Shown: positions 20,383-31,200, counted from the first letter of the stretch. The stretch is 64,000 nt of DNA from an uncultured Acidobacteriota bacterium (GCA_963777605.1 CAVZRV010000031.1:463770-527769), one strand, 5' to 3'. Program-made: numbers and translations. Notes: generated from the letters alone by a model not told the origin.

Positions 20383-20575
20383 ATGTTCAAGCCCAAAGTC
20401 AAGATTGAAAAGGCCCTCTACGAGAAGGTGAAAAAGTATTCTCAGCTCGCCGGTTACTCCTCAGTCGACGAGTTCATCACCCATGCCCTTGAAAAGGAAG
20501 TTGGCCAAGCTCGAAGATGCCGATTCGGAAGAGGAGATCAGGAACCGCCTGAAAGGACTGGGCTACATCTCCTGA
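20383..20575 (+). CDS. Small (~63 aa) protein ending EEEIRNRLKGLGYIS; one frameshift near 20500
   Basis: GGAGG RBS and ATG 20383. Removing one base near 20500 gives MFKPKVKIEKALYEKVKKYSQLAGYSSVDEFITHALEKELAKLEDADSEEEIRNRLKGLGYIS*. Confidence 0.65.
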
Positions 20576-20661
20576 GATGGCTTCCCGGGTGCAACCCGTT
20601 GGGGCCCGATCGAGGGGACCGAAGCCCCTGAAGTGGGACCAAGCGGAGTTTGCGAGGATAC

Positions 20662-21492
20662 GTGAACAACATCATCAACCTGGTCAACCGGTCACTTGAA
20701 GCCGCATTCGCGGTCCTGCTGGCACCCTTCAGCGGTGTCGGCCCTCTGATTCCGGTTCTGGTGATTTCGTTCCTGTCGGGACTCCTGATGTTGTGGGCCT
20801 TCGGCAAGTGGTCCGACCAGGAGAGAATTCGAGCGGCGAAGGACCGCATCCGGGGCCATCTCCTGGGAGTACGCCTTTACCAGCACGATGTCAGGGTCGT
20901 CCTTCGCCTTCAGGCGTCTATCCTCCGCCAGGTTGCTACCTATTTCCGACTCTCCCTTAGCCCGATCGTGGTCCTGATCGTGCCGCTTCTCCTGATACTT
21001 ATCCAGCTCAACCTCTTCTTCTCGAACCGGCCCCTCCAGATCGGCCGTCCCACGGTACTGACCGTCAGGACCGACGACCGCTTCCGTCCCGGAACCGACA
21101 TCGAGCTGCGCGCCTCCGATGGAATTACGGTCGAGACGGCGCCTGTCCACTCGAGCACGCGGCACGAGGTTTCCTGGCGGGTCCGAGCGGATCGTGCCGG
21201 CCGCTTTGCTGCCGTGATCGAAGCTGACGGCCGGTCACTTGAAAAATCGATCGTGGCCGGAAAACGATGGGCCGCAGTTTCTCCTACTCGAACCAGAAAC
21301 TGGTTTGACCAGCTCTTTTTCTCGGGAGAACCGCCCCTGCCCGGTTCGACGGGGATCACCGCGATTGAGCTCGCCTACCCGGCCCAGTCGATCGACTTGT
21401 TTGGATGGAAGACCGACTGGCTGGTTCTTTTCCTGGTTGTCTCAATTGTGACGGCATTTGCCATGAAACGGTTCTTCGGAATCGAGATTTAG
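20662..21492 (+). CDS. Membrane protein, DUF106/EMC3-TMCO1-like N-terminus with inserted soluble domain
   Basis: TM1, amphipathic DQERIRAAKDRI segment, TM2 with PIVVLIVP, soluble beta-rich region, final TM WLVLFLVVSI...KRFFGI. Confidence 0.6.
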   Translation: MNNIINLVNRSLEAAFAVLLAPFSGVGPLIPVLVISFLSGLLMLWAFGKWSDQERIRAAKDRIRGHLLGVRLYQHDVRVVLRLQASILRQVATYFRLSLSPIVVLIVPLLLILIQLNLFFSNRPLQIGRPTVLTVRTDDRFRPGTDIELRASDGITVETAPVHSSTRHEVSWRVRADRAGRFAAVIEADGRSLEKSIVAGKRWAAVSPTRTRNWFDQLFFSGEPPLPGSTGITAIELAYPAQSIDLFGWKTDWLVLFLVVSIVTAFAMKRFFGIEI

Positions 21493-21499
21493 GATTGCT

Positions 21500-22111
21500 G
21501 TGTTGAGAAATTGGTTTGGTACCGTCCTGCGCTGGAACCGGGCACCAGTCGTGATTGTCTCAGGCCTGCCTCGATCGGGCACCTCTCTGGTCATGCAGAT
21601 GCTGAAAGCGGGGGGACTGGAACCGTTCACCGACACCGTGCGGCAAGCCGATGAGGACAATCCCAAAGGTTACTTAGAGCACGAACGGGTCAAAGAACTC
21701 AAAAGTGGCGCCGACAAGGCCTGGGTCAAAGATGCCGGAGGCAAGGTGATCAAGGTCATCTCGCACCTGCTTCCCGAACTTCCGTCCGGTCTCCGTTACC
21801 AGGTGATTTTCCTGCGGAGAAATCTGGGCGAAATCATTGCATCGCAGAACAGGATGCTGGAACGTCGCGGCGAGCCGCTGGCGCAAGATGATGGGAGAAC
21901 CAGGGAACTGTTCGAGACCCACCTGGCAAAGATATTCAACTGGCTGCATTGCCAGCCGAATTTCCAGGTTGTAGAAATAGACTATGCGGAAATCATCGCG
22001 TCTCCGAAAGGTGCCGCCGAACGGATTCGGGAATTTCTGGAACGGGACCTGGACCTGGATCGAATGGCCGACGCGGTGGATCCCGCTCTCTATCGAAACA
22101 GGAGGACCTAG
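21500..22111 (+). CDS. Sulfotransferase-family protein
   Basis: PAPS-binding loop VSGLPRSGTSL, NPKGYLE, IFLRR...S. Confidence 0.85.
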   Translation: MLRNWFGTVLRWNRAPVVIVSGLPRSGTSLVMQMLKAGGLEPFTDTVRQADEDNPKGYLEHERVKELKSGADKAWVKDAGGKVIKVISHLLPELPSGLRYQVIFLRRNLGEIIASQNRMLERRGEPLAQDDGRTRELFETHLAKIFNWLHCQPNFQVVEIDYAEIIASPKGAAERIREFLERDLDLDRMADAVDPALYRNRRT

Positions 22112-22208
22112 TCGTTCACTGTCCCAGGCATCAGTCGGCTGGAACACTCCGGCCGACGCCGCTGGTGACGGAACGGTTCGAGGAGAATAGAGGGTTACTT
22201 TTTGCGGA

Positions 22209-23942
22209 GTGAAACACATGAATTACAGTAGCGTCTGGAAGGCAGCCGGAGCCCTGCTCGTCATCGGGTTCGGCCTTTCCTGCTCGAATCAACCCGAATC
22301 AAGAGCCTATGAAAACCGCTGGGTCCGGATCCAGACGTCACTGGCAGACGACCAGGAACTGGGCCGTGTGACCGGCCTCGTGGAGAGAGCAGCCGCCCAC
22401 GGCGTCAACGGGATCGCCCTTTCCGCCGGGCTCGACACTCTGGACTTGAAGCCTCCGGAATACTTTGAAAGGCTCCGGGCACTTCGCGAGGTCTGCCAGG
22501 AAAAAGGTGTCGATATCGTGCCCTCCTTCTGGTCTGCCGGATACGGGGGCGGGATCCTGGCCCACAACAGGAATCTGGCCGCCGGCCTTCCGGTCAGGGA
22601 TGCTCTCTTCGTCACCCGGGGAGGAGTCGCTCAACTGGTGCCCGACCCGGACGCCCGCATCGAGAACGGCGGCTTTGAACAAGTCGAGAACGGTCTGCTG
22701 GTCGGATTCACGCAGCCCGGCTCCCTTGGGGAGGTGATCTCCCAGGACCGGGACGTAGCCCACGAAGGCCAGGCCTCTCTTCGATTCGAACGATTCAGCG
22801 AGTTTCCCCGGGAAGCGGGGCGCATCCACCAGCGTGTGCAAGTCAAACCCTACCGCCATTACCGCGTTTCGGGATGGGTCCGGACCGAAGGTCTCGATGC
22901 AGATGATCCTTTCGGCTCGGGGAACTTCCAGCTCGAAGTGACCGGGGGAGATGAAGCCCGAAGGCTCCAGTTCGAGAACCCCCGCTATGCACAGGACGGC
23001 GAGTGGCACCAGTTCTCGGTGGCTTTCAACAGCTGGGGCTACGACTGGGTTGAGCTCTCCCCGGTGGTCACCGATACCAAAGTGGGGCGCCTCTGGCTGG
23101 ATGGGCTGAAGATCGAAGAAATCGCTCTCGTCAACGTACTCCGGCGCCCGGGAACTCCTCTCACGGTAAAAGGGGAGCAGTCCGGGATAGCTTACGAGGA
23201 AGGCAGGGACTTCGAACCGGTCGAGGATCCCCAGTTCGACTTTCGAGTGGCCCACGACGGTCCGGGCATCCGGCTCACCCGGGACAGCCGAATTCATGAC
23301 GGAGAGCGGCTGCTGGTCAGTTTCTATCATCCTGCACTCATTTATCGCAGCCAGACTCCCATCTGCATGTCGGAACCGGAGACCTACGCCATATGGGAAA
23401 CCCAGGCCGGGCTCGTTCACAAGGCATTGGAGCCCCGCAAGTACTTCCTCAACATGGATGAAATCCGGGTGGGGGGCTCCTGCGAGGCCTGCCGGTCACG
23501 GGGAATGACGAATGCCAAGATCCTGGGAGACTGCATTACCCGCCAACACGATCTCCTCAAGACGGTCAACCCGGACGCGGAGATCTTCATCTGGTCGGAC
23601 ATGCTGGACCCGAACCACAACGCGCGGCCGGACCGAAAATTCTACTACCTTGCCGAACAGAACTTCGTCGATTCCTGGAAGTACGTCCCCAGGGACCTGG
23701 GAATCGTTTGCTGGTATTACGACATCCGGGAGCGGAGCCTGGCCCATTTTTCCAATCTGGGCTTTCGGACGATGGCGGGTGCCTACTATGATGCAGATAA
23801 CCTGGACAATCCAAAGGGATGGTTGAACGCACTGGACAGGACACCGGGTGCCTGCGGGATTATGTACACCACCTGGCTCAACAAATATGACTTGATGGAA
23901 GAGTTCGGGGACCTGGTTTCCGGCAAAAGGAGCACGCAGTGA
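22209..23942 (+). CDS. Putative glycoside hydrolase lipoprotein (GH20-like barrel with CBM-like insertion)
   Basis: LS|C lipobox; NGGFE CBM-like segment; NMDEI, IWSDM, YTTW motifs. Confidence 0.55.
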   Translation: MKHMNYSSVWKAAGALLVIGFGLSCSNQPESRAYENRWVRIQTSLADDQELGRVTGLVERAAAHGVNGIALSAGLDTLDLKPPEYFERLRALREVCQEKGVDIVPSFWSAGYGGGILAHNRNLAAGLPVRDALFVTRGGVAQLVPDPDARIENGGFEQVENGLLVGFTQPGSLGEVISQDRDVAHEGQASLRFERFSEFPREAGRIHQRVQVKPYRHYRVSGWVRTEGLDADDPFGSGNFQLEVTGGDEARRLQFENPRYAQDGEWHQFSVAFNSWGYDWVELSPVVTDTKVGRLWLDGLKIEEIALVNVLRRPGTPLTVKGEQSGIAYEEGRDFEPVEDPQFDFRVAHDGPGIRLTRDSRIHDGERLLVSFYHPALIYRSQTPICMSEPETYAIWETQAGLVHKALEPRKYFLNMDEIRVGGSCEACRSRGMTNAKILGDCITRQHDLLKTVNPDAEIFIWSDMLDPNHNARPDRKFYYLAEQNFVDSWKYVPRDLGIVCWYYDIRERSLAHFSNLGFRTMAGAYYDADNLDNPKGWLNALDRTPGACGIMYTTWLNKYDLMEEFGDLVSGKRSTQ

Positions 23943-26900
23943 AATTCTCTCGCCAACGATTGATTCAGATATGCCTCGTTCTGTTAGTGGGCGCCACCAG
24001 CCAACTTGGGGCCCAGGTCAAAGTATGGGAAGAGGACCTGGCGATACCGACCTGGCTTATCGGACCTCCCGAGGTGGACCCCACCTTTTCCTGGAGCTCG
24101 TCACGCCAGGAGGTCTATCCCTACCCCTACAAGGAGACCCTGACCGATGAGCGGGCAGACAAGACCTATCGCGCGTGCTGGCTGGAGAATGATTTCATCA
24201 AGGTACTGGTCCTTCCGGAGATCGGTGGTCGCCTTCATGGGGCCGTTGACAAGACCAACAACTACAACTTCTTCTACTGGCAGCCGACCATTAAGCCAGC
24301 GCTCGTAGGGATGACGGGGGCCTGGATCTCCGGAGGAATCGAGTGGAACTTCCCCCATGGACACCGGCCAACCGGCTTCAGTACGGTGCAGTACCGGCTC
24401 GTGGAAAACCCGGACGGATCGAAGACGGTCTGGGTGGGAGAGCCCGAACTGGTTCAGCGGATGCGCTGGGTGATCGGGCTCACGGTCTACCCGGGCAAAA
24501 GTGTCATCGAGGCGAAGGTTCGGCTGATGAACCCGACCCCCCTCAGGCAGTCGTTCCAGATGTGGGCGACGACGGCAATGAACACCAACGACCAGTTCCA
24601 GGCGATCTTTCCGACCCGGCTCATGACCGGACATGGCAAGCACGAGTACTATCACTGGCCGATCAATGACGGCGTGGATATCAGCTGGTGGAAGAACGTC
24701 CCCAACGCCGCGAGTTTCTTTGCAGTGGAACCGGGCGCATTCTTTGGGGCCTGGGATCATGGGAAACATGCCGGCACTATCATTACCGGGGACCCTTACA
24801 TCGTAATCGGCAAAAAGTTCTGGACCTGGGGAACCTCCCCGTCCGGCCGTATCTGGGACACCCTCCTTTCCGACGGCGAAGGCCCCTACCTGGAACCCCA
24901 GGCAGGCGCCTATTCGGACAATCAGCCCGACTACCACTGGATCGAACCGGGGGAAATCAAGTCCTACAGCCATTTCTTCTTCCCGGTAAGGGACATCGGC
25001 CCCTTCAAGATCGCCAACGTGGACGGCGCCCTCAACCTGGAACTCACTGGTGGCCAGGCCAAAGTCGGAGTCTACTCAACGTCGGTCCAGAAGTCGGCCC
25101 GCGTCCTGCTCACGGAACGGGGACGCCAGGTGCTCAACCGGGTTGTCGATCTCGACCCCGGCAAGACGTTCGTAGAGGAGATTTCTCTGGGTGCGGCGGC
25201 TGGCCCTGAGGAGGATTACCGCCTCTCTGTAACCAGTTCGGATGGCCGTGAACTGATCGCCTACGCACCCAGGAAACTTCCTCCGGTGGACCTGCCTGAG
25301 CCGCTGCCCCCCCTGCAGGAACCCGCAGAGATCGGCAGTGCCGACGAACTCTGGCACGCCGGGGACTGGCTCTACAAGTTCAGGGAACCGGAGCGAGCGG
25401 AGCAATACTTCGAGGAGGCAGTCCGGCGTGACCCGGGTGACTCCCGCTCGCGGATTTCACTTGCCGAACTCGCCATCAAGCGGATGGACTACGAGTCCGC
25501 CCTCAACCACCTCGCCTTCGCGGAGAAGCGCGATCCGGACAACGGCCGGCTCTTCTATCTGAAGGGAATGGCGCTCGAGGGGGCCAAACAAGACGATGAC
25601 GCCTACAAGGCATACTACCGGGCGGTTCACTTCGAGGACTACCTGGACCGGGCCTATGAACGGCTGGCGACGATCAACATGCGGCGGGGCAATGCCGCAG
25701 AAGCCGCCCGGCAAATGGAACTGGCCTTGAACCAGAATGCCCTGAACCCACAGTACTGGGCGCTGCTCGCGACCGCGCAGCGGGTCAACGGTGACCACGT
25801 CGCGGCGCTCGATTCAGCCGAGGAGTGCCTGAAGATCGATCCTCTCAACGCCTGGGGTGCGAGTGAAAAGGGTAAGGCCCTGACTGCAGCCGGCAGATCG
25901 GATCAAGAGATGCGCGCCCTCGTCCGCCACCTGCTTCACGACGCGCAAACCTCGCTCGAGTTTGCCGTTGACTACTCCAATGCCGGACGGTACGAGGAAG
26001 CCCTCGAAATGCTCGACGGAGGAGAGGAGAATGCCCTCGTCCTCTACTACCGCGGATTCTTCGCTGACCGTGCTGGAGACGAGGACGCCGCCACCAAGCT
26101 TTTCGGACGGGCCCGCACGGCCAACGTCGACTATTCTTTTGCCTTCCGCCCGGAGGCCATCGACGTCTTCGAAACTGCCCTCGAATATGCCCCCAGCGAC
26201 GGCAAGGCCCGTTACTTCGAGGGACTCGTCTACGCCAAGGTTGCCCGGATCGACCGTGCAATCGACGCATGGAAGGAATCGACGCGGCTCGACCCTCAGA
26301 ACGCCCGCGCCTGGCGGGACCTGGGACTGGCTCTCTCACACGGTGACGACCTGAAACAGTCCGAGGAGTGCTACTACCGGGCACTCGAACTCGACCCCAA
26401 GGACTCGAGAATCCTCCTGGAACTCGACCGGGTGCGCGAGGATCTGGGAGACTCGGATGCCGATCGCCTGGCCTTTCTCGAGGAACACCTTGAAACCGTG
26501 AAGACCCGAGATGCCCTGGTCGGAACCCTGAGTGACCTGCTCGTCAAGTCGGGCCGGTATGCCGAAGCACTGCCCTACCTCCAGAACCACCACTTCCACA
26601 GCTGGGAGGGCGGCTACTCGATCCACAACGTCTACATGGAAGCCACCATGGGGATGGCTCGGCAGGCTTCCAGCCCCGAAAAGGCGCTGGAGTATTACAA
26701 GCTCGCGGACAAGTATCCCGCCAACCTGGAGGTTGCGCCCCGGGAACCCAACCTTCGAGGGATTTCTCTACTACCCGATGGCGCTGCTCTACAAGGAAAC
26801 CGGCAATACCGCGGAGGCCGAGAAACTGCTCCGGATCACCGCCGGCGAAGCCAGCAACATTCCGACTCTGGGCACGTACTATCGTGCGATGGCGCTGCGT

Positions 26901-27173
26901 GAACTGGGCGAGAAGGAACAGGCCGGCGAACTTCTGGGCCGACTGGAATCGGAAGCGCACCTGCTGATTCAAGGAGAGTCAAAGAATTACCTCCGAATGG
27001 GCGAAAGGCGGCAGGAGGCCTTCGGCCACCTCTTCCTTTCCAAGGTCTACGAGGCGACCGGCAAGTCCGGCGAAGCGGAAAAGGAACTGGCCGCCGCCCG
27101 CGACCTCGTCCGGGACATCCAGCGGCAGGCTCTAATGAACGCCCAGATCGTCTTCGCCCAGGCAAGCCAGTAG
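23939..27173 (+). CDS. DUF5107 + TPR protein; frameshift near 26750
   Basis: LENDFIKVLVLPEIGGR, WISGGIEWNFP, KKFWTWG motifs; TPR C-terminus completed by ORF 26532-27173. Confidence 0.8.
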
Positions 27174-27177
27174 ACAT

Positions 27178-27335
27178 TTGCGAACTACGAGCTACGAATT
27201 ACGATTTCTTTGAGGTGCGGGAGCGAAAGATTCCGCTTTGGTCCACCTCCGAGCGCGCGTGGATTTGGGGTTCCGAGGTTCCGGGTTCCGGGGGTTGAGG
27301 TTCCGGGTTTCGAGGTTCCGGGGGTTGAGCCCCGC
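27178..27335. repeat. Short tandem repeat tracts enclosing a degenerate GGAG-type REP at 27212-27240
   Basis: gaactac-gagctac-gaattac; gaggtgcgggagcgaaagattccgct; (ggttccg/ggttgag)n. Confidence 0.6.
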
Positions 27336-27584
27336 TTGACGCGGGACTCCGGTGCCGCTTCACGAATCCGCCTCACCTGGGTCCTCGGGCACCACTCCGA
27401 ACCGAGTCCCGCCCGCGCCGAAGCGGAAGCGGAAATCGAGAAATACGAACCCGAACCTCAAAACCGAAATGCGAGCTGCAAAATCCGGCCACCACCAAGA
27501 CCAGCCCCGTGCAGGGACGGCATTGGAGCCCAGAAACATGAAACCGAAATGCGTGTTGCGAAATCTGGCTCTCGCCACCGGACC

Positions 27585-27690
27585 AGCCCCGTCCAGGGGC
27601 GGCATCGAAGTAGCCCAGGATGAAGCGAAGCGGAATCCTGGGTCCTCGGCAAACCACCCCACCGAGTCCCGCCACGCGGGACGGCATGAC
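27585..27690 (+). repeat. Palindromic dispersed repeat, family 2, copy 1
   Basis: agcccaggatgaagcgaagcggaatcctgggt...agtcccgccacgcgggacggcat, homologous to 51230-51341. Confidence 0.65.
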
Positions 27691-27840
27691 CCGATGGCAC
27701 CTGGGGTCCCCGGAATCAGTTCGGATCTCGATCTGCCGCCTCAGGTCCAGATTCAAGATGGACTGGCCAGGTCCTTATCTGGGGAGTTTCCTCCCTGAAC
27801 GGAGAACCATTTCCGGGTCTCCGGCTACTTCATGCCGCCC

Positions 27841-29739
27841 TCAGGGCTGGGTTCCCTCTCCCATCCTCCGACTAAGCTTCTCGATGGCCTGGCCGGTGGT
27901 GATGCGGGCTCGCTCCCAGTCGGAGGGGTTGTTTTTCCAGATCTCGGTGTCGAGCATTGCCTTTTCGCCGAAGGGGTTCTTGTAGACAATGGAATCGACC
28001 AACTCGTTGGCCTTCTCCTTTGAACCAGCCAGTTCGCCAAGCAGGTGGAAATACTCGTAGTCCTGTAACCCCCTTCGCGTCGCTTTGAGCCGGATACTGG
28101 GGATCGGCTCGTCGTAATTCATCACCACGCCCCGGTAGATCAGTTGACCTGAGCCGTTGTAGTAGCGCCCGATCTCCTTGAAATTCTCGGCTTCGTACCA
28201 GGCCGCATAGGCGTTCCAGTCGAATTCCCACTCAACGTAGCCGGTCTGGTACTTCCAGCCAATCCAGCCGATGGCCCGGTTGATGTTCAGGTCGAGATCC
28301 AGGAAGGTGTTGGAGCCGCAACCGGAGTTGCGGCGCTGCTCATAGATCATGGGCCCGTAAAACCAGACCTTCATTCCGCGGTCCTGGAAGTGGCGAACGG
28401 TGGGAAGGTCGAAGGCGACGGTGTGGCAGACCCAGAGATCGACCTCGCGTGACAGTTGATCCATCGCATCCCTCGAGTAGCCCCCGTCAATGCGGTAGGA
28501 GAACCAGTCGCGTCCCATGCCCTCGTGCAGGAGCCGGCCGTAGTAGAGCATCTGCTCGTAGGCCTTTTCGAAATAAGACTCATCGAGGCCGTTCAGAAAC
28601 GCAACCTTCATGATGCCCGACCACGCGGGGTGGGTCTCGAAGTGGGACCGGAACTGGCGTCCGACCTCTTTCCAAACCGCTTCGTATTCCGGCGTGCGCC
28701 CGCCCTGCGGCAGGGGCACCGGCCAGGCGCCTCCAGGGTGCTTCTCGCTCTCTACGTTGAACGGGAGCATGATGTGGTGAAGCGGAATCCCCTTTCCCGG
28801 GCCCCAGTAGCCGTAGCGCCCGGTGAAGGCCGACCCGTCAAGATACGGCCCCACATGCCGGTCGTAGTCGGTCCAGTCCATCGTCACCTTCGTCCCGTCC
28901 ACACTGAGTTCAGGGCGATAGGCGTAAATCAGGGGGAGCATCCGATGGCGCCGGGCCATCTGGTAGTAAGCCATCTCCTCGGACGGGGGCATCTGCCGCA
29001 TCGATCCGTTCCACCAGTCCCCGGGAAGATGGCTCTCGTCCGGGAGTGCGAAGTTCCAGACATCCAGGTGAACGGGAATCGTCTCGGACCCGCCCTTCCA
29101 GGAGACCGTCACCTCTCCTGAATAGCGTCCCGACGGTGCTTCCTGTTCCGCAGCCGGAACGTAAATATCGACCCAGACGGCGTGCGCCCGCTGGTTCGGG
29201 ATGTTGTTGTGGATGTCGGGAATTGAGAACGGAAAGCCCGGAAAAAGTCCAGCCCGACGCTTCGGAAGGAGCGCATCCGCGTACCAGCCAGGTCCGAGAG
29301 AAGAAGCCTCGTAACCTTGCGACGGCCGGCGTACTTCGACGTACCACTCCTTGAACAACCGAACGCTGTTTCCGGAAAGTTTCACCCCCGAACCATGGGT
29401 CAGACCGCTCATGGAAACGTCCACGCCCTCGACCGGTTCGTCGGTCTCGATGATCACCTGGAAGGCGACGAACTCGTTGCGGGCTGAATGAAGCGTGACC
29501 GCACGGGACTTCCGGTCCCAGACGAGGTTGAGCTGCCGGTAGTCCTGAAGGGGATAGTCGGGATGAATATCGGTTCGATCCTGCACGAGAACCCTTCCCG
29601 AAACGGGGTCCACGCGAACGGTGTCCTCAACCGCCCAGACGCTGACGGCCGCTGCCGCCGATTCTGCGCCCAGGAACAGCAATAAGGGGAACAGACAGAA
29701 TAAAGGGCCAGCTCCATGGCAGCAGATCCGACGCGACAC
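27841..29739 (-). CDS. DUF4091/GH123-like secreted protein
   Basis: Signal peptide; ARNEFVAFQV, LDES, GSGQLIY, SIRLKATRRGLQDYEY. Confidence 0.75.
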   Translation of the reverse strand: MSRRICCHGAGPLFCLFPLLLFLGAESAAAAVSVWAVEDTVRVDPVSGRVLVQDRTDIHPDYPLQDYRQLNLVWDRKSRAVTLHSARNEFVAFQVIIETDEPVEGVDVSMSGLTHGSGVKLSGNSVRLFKEWYVEVRRPSQGYEASSLGPGWYADALLPKRRAGLFPGFPFSIPDIHNNIPNQRAHAVWVDIYVPAAEQEAPSGRYSGEVTVSWKGGSETIPVHLDVWNFALPDESHLPGDWWNGSMRQMPPSEEMAYYQMARRHRMLPLIYAYRPELSVDGTKVTMDWTDYDRHVGPYLDGSAFTGRYGYWGPGKGIPLHHIMLPFNVESEKHPGGAWPVPLPQGGRTPEYEAVWKEVGRQFRSHFETHPAWSGIMKVAFLNGLDESYFEKAYEQMLYYGRLLHEGMGRDWFSYRIDGGYSRDAMDQLSREVDLWVCHTVAFDLPTVRHFQDRGMKVWFYGPMIYEQRRNSGCGSNTFLDLDLNINRAIGWIGWKYQTGYVEWEFDWNAYAAWYEAENFKEIGRYYNGSGQLIYRGVVMNYDEPIPSIRLKATRRGLQDYEYFHLLGELAGSKEKANELVDSIVYKNPFGEKAMLDTEIWKNNPSDWERARITTGQAIEKLSRRMGEGTQP

Positions 29740-29808
29740 AATGCACCTCCGATTGTCCGAGACTTGCTAAGCCCCAGGCAGCCCTTAAAATGAACCGGCC
29801 AGCCGGAG

Positions 29809-29929
29809 GCAACGGAAGCTTTCGCTTCCTCACTACGATCGCGGGGTGTCCATGTCCTGGAAAAAGCGGAACCTTTCGATTCCGCACTCCAAGACACAAA
29901 TCACAAGACACAAGACACAAATCACAAAT
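29809..29929 (-). repeat. Half REPIN-like unit (REP + inner hairpin) followed by heptamer tract
   Basis: Reverse complement reads ggagtgcggaatcgaaaggttccgct...ggaagcgaaagcttccgttgcc; then aagacac/aaatcac heptamers. Confidence 0.75.
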
Positions 29930-29946
29930 GCCACTCTATTGCCACT

Positions 29947-31011
29947 CTATCGTCCTCGTTTTACCCCGTAGGGTGAGGCTTCCGGGCTATTTCTCAGTTC
30001 CTGAAAACGGGCAAAGGCCTGTTTCGACTTGTCTTTCTCTCCGACCGCCTGGTAGTAGCGGCCCAGGAGGTAGAAGGCTTCGGTGTAGCCGGGGTCAAGC
30101 TTAACTGCCTGGAGGAGTTCTTCTTCCACTTCACCCGTCGGAGCTTCCTTCATCAGGGCAGTGGCGTACTTGTAGCGACTGTAGGGAAGATTCGGGTCGT
30201 TGCGAACCCCCTGGTAGAGCCATCCCAGACCCGCATCGTAGTCCCCCTCGGTGATCAGCAAGTCTCCCAGGTCCGAGAATGGCCAGCCGTAGTTCACCTT
30301 CTGCGACTGGATCACCTGGATCGATTTCCGGTAACTCTCTTTGGCGGCTTCCAGGTTACCCTGCGCCTGCTGGCACCACCCCAGGAAATAGAGGGCCTTG
30401 TAGTGAGTCGGATCAAGTTGCGTGGCCTTTTCCAGCGCGGCCAGCCCTTGGGTGAACTGCTGGTTCTCGTAGTACCAGCGCCCCAGATGGTAGTAGGCGT
30501 CAGCATTCGTCGGGTCATGTTCGAGGAGCGATTTCAGGTCGGCAATATAGCCATCATAGTTCTCCAGCATGAAGCGGGAAAAGGCCCGAATGCGGTAGGC
30601 CTCGGAACTGTCCGGGCTCGACTTGATGACCTCGTCGGCCAGTTTTTCCGACTCTTCGAACTGGGCCCGGTGAAACGCCACCGCTGCCGCTACCATCAGG
30701 ACCTGGGAATCGTTAGGGAACTGCACGCGAGCGGTATCCGCTTGCTCGCCCGCCTCCTCACCACGTCCAAGCCGCATCAGGAGGTCCACCAGGACGAGGC
30801 GGGGATTCTTGAGTAACGGGTTCTTGTCGAGGACCTGCTTCAGCAGGTCGACCGCCACGCTCAGCTTGCCCGCATCGATTGCCGACTGGGCCTGAGCGAG
30901 CAGGTCAGGGTTCGAAGGGGACCCAAGGGATGGTGCTTCCTGAGCCCGCGAAACGGCGATGACAGATATCAAGGCGAGCACTGCGAAAATTGAGACGTGC
31001 TTAATACTCAT
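29947..31011 (-). CDS. Secreted TPR protein
   Basis: MSIKHV signal peptide; multiple TPR repeats (AYYHLG, ALYFLG, AFYLLG). Confidence 0.8.
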   Translation of the reverse strand: MSIKHVSIFAVLALISVIAVSRAQEAPSLGSPSNPDLLAQAQSAIDAGKLSVAVDLLKQVLDKNPLLKNPRLVLVDLLMRLGRGEEAGEQADTARVQFPNDSQVLMVAAAVAFHRAQFEESEKLADEVIKSSPDSSEAYRIRAFSRFMLENYDGYIADLKSLLEHDPTNADAYYHLGRWYYENQQFTQGLAALEKATQLDPTHYKALYFLGWCQQAQGNLEAAKESYRKSIQVIQSQKVNYGWPFSDLGDLLITEGDYDAGLGWLYQGVRNDPNLPYSRYKYATALMKEAPTGEVEEELLQAVKLDPGYTEAFYLLGRYYQAVGEKDKSKQAFARFQELRNSPEASPYGVKRGR

Positions 31012-31200
31012 CTCACTTACCCTGGCCGAATTGGGCCAGATTCCACAGCCCGGGTTGAGGCGAAGCGCCAGCCGGGGCTGTTCTTGAACGAAGCCGAAGG
31101 TCGGCGGCCTGCAGGGGAGCGACAAATCCATCGCAAAATAATCGCACACCCTGATGGATGCCGGACATTTTCGACCAACTGATCTATTCTACTCTCCCAG

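Noticed and set aside
27185-27800. Small ORFs in repeat-rich intergenic regions (also 35465-35860, 36388-37071, 40640-41377, 50724-51507)
   Set aside because: Low-complexity translations of repeats with no RBS or family motif
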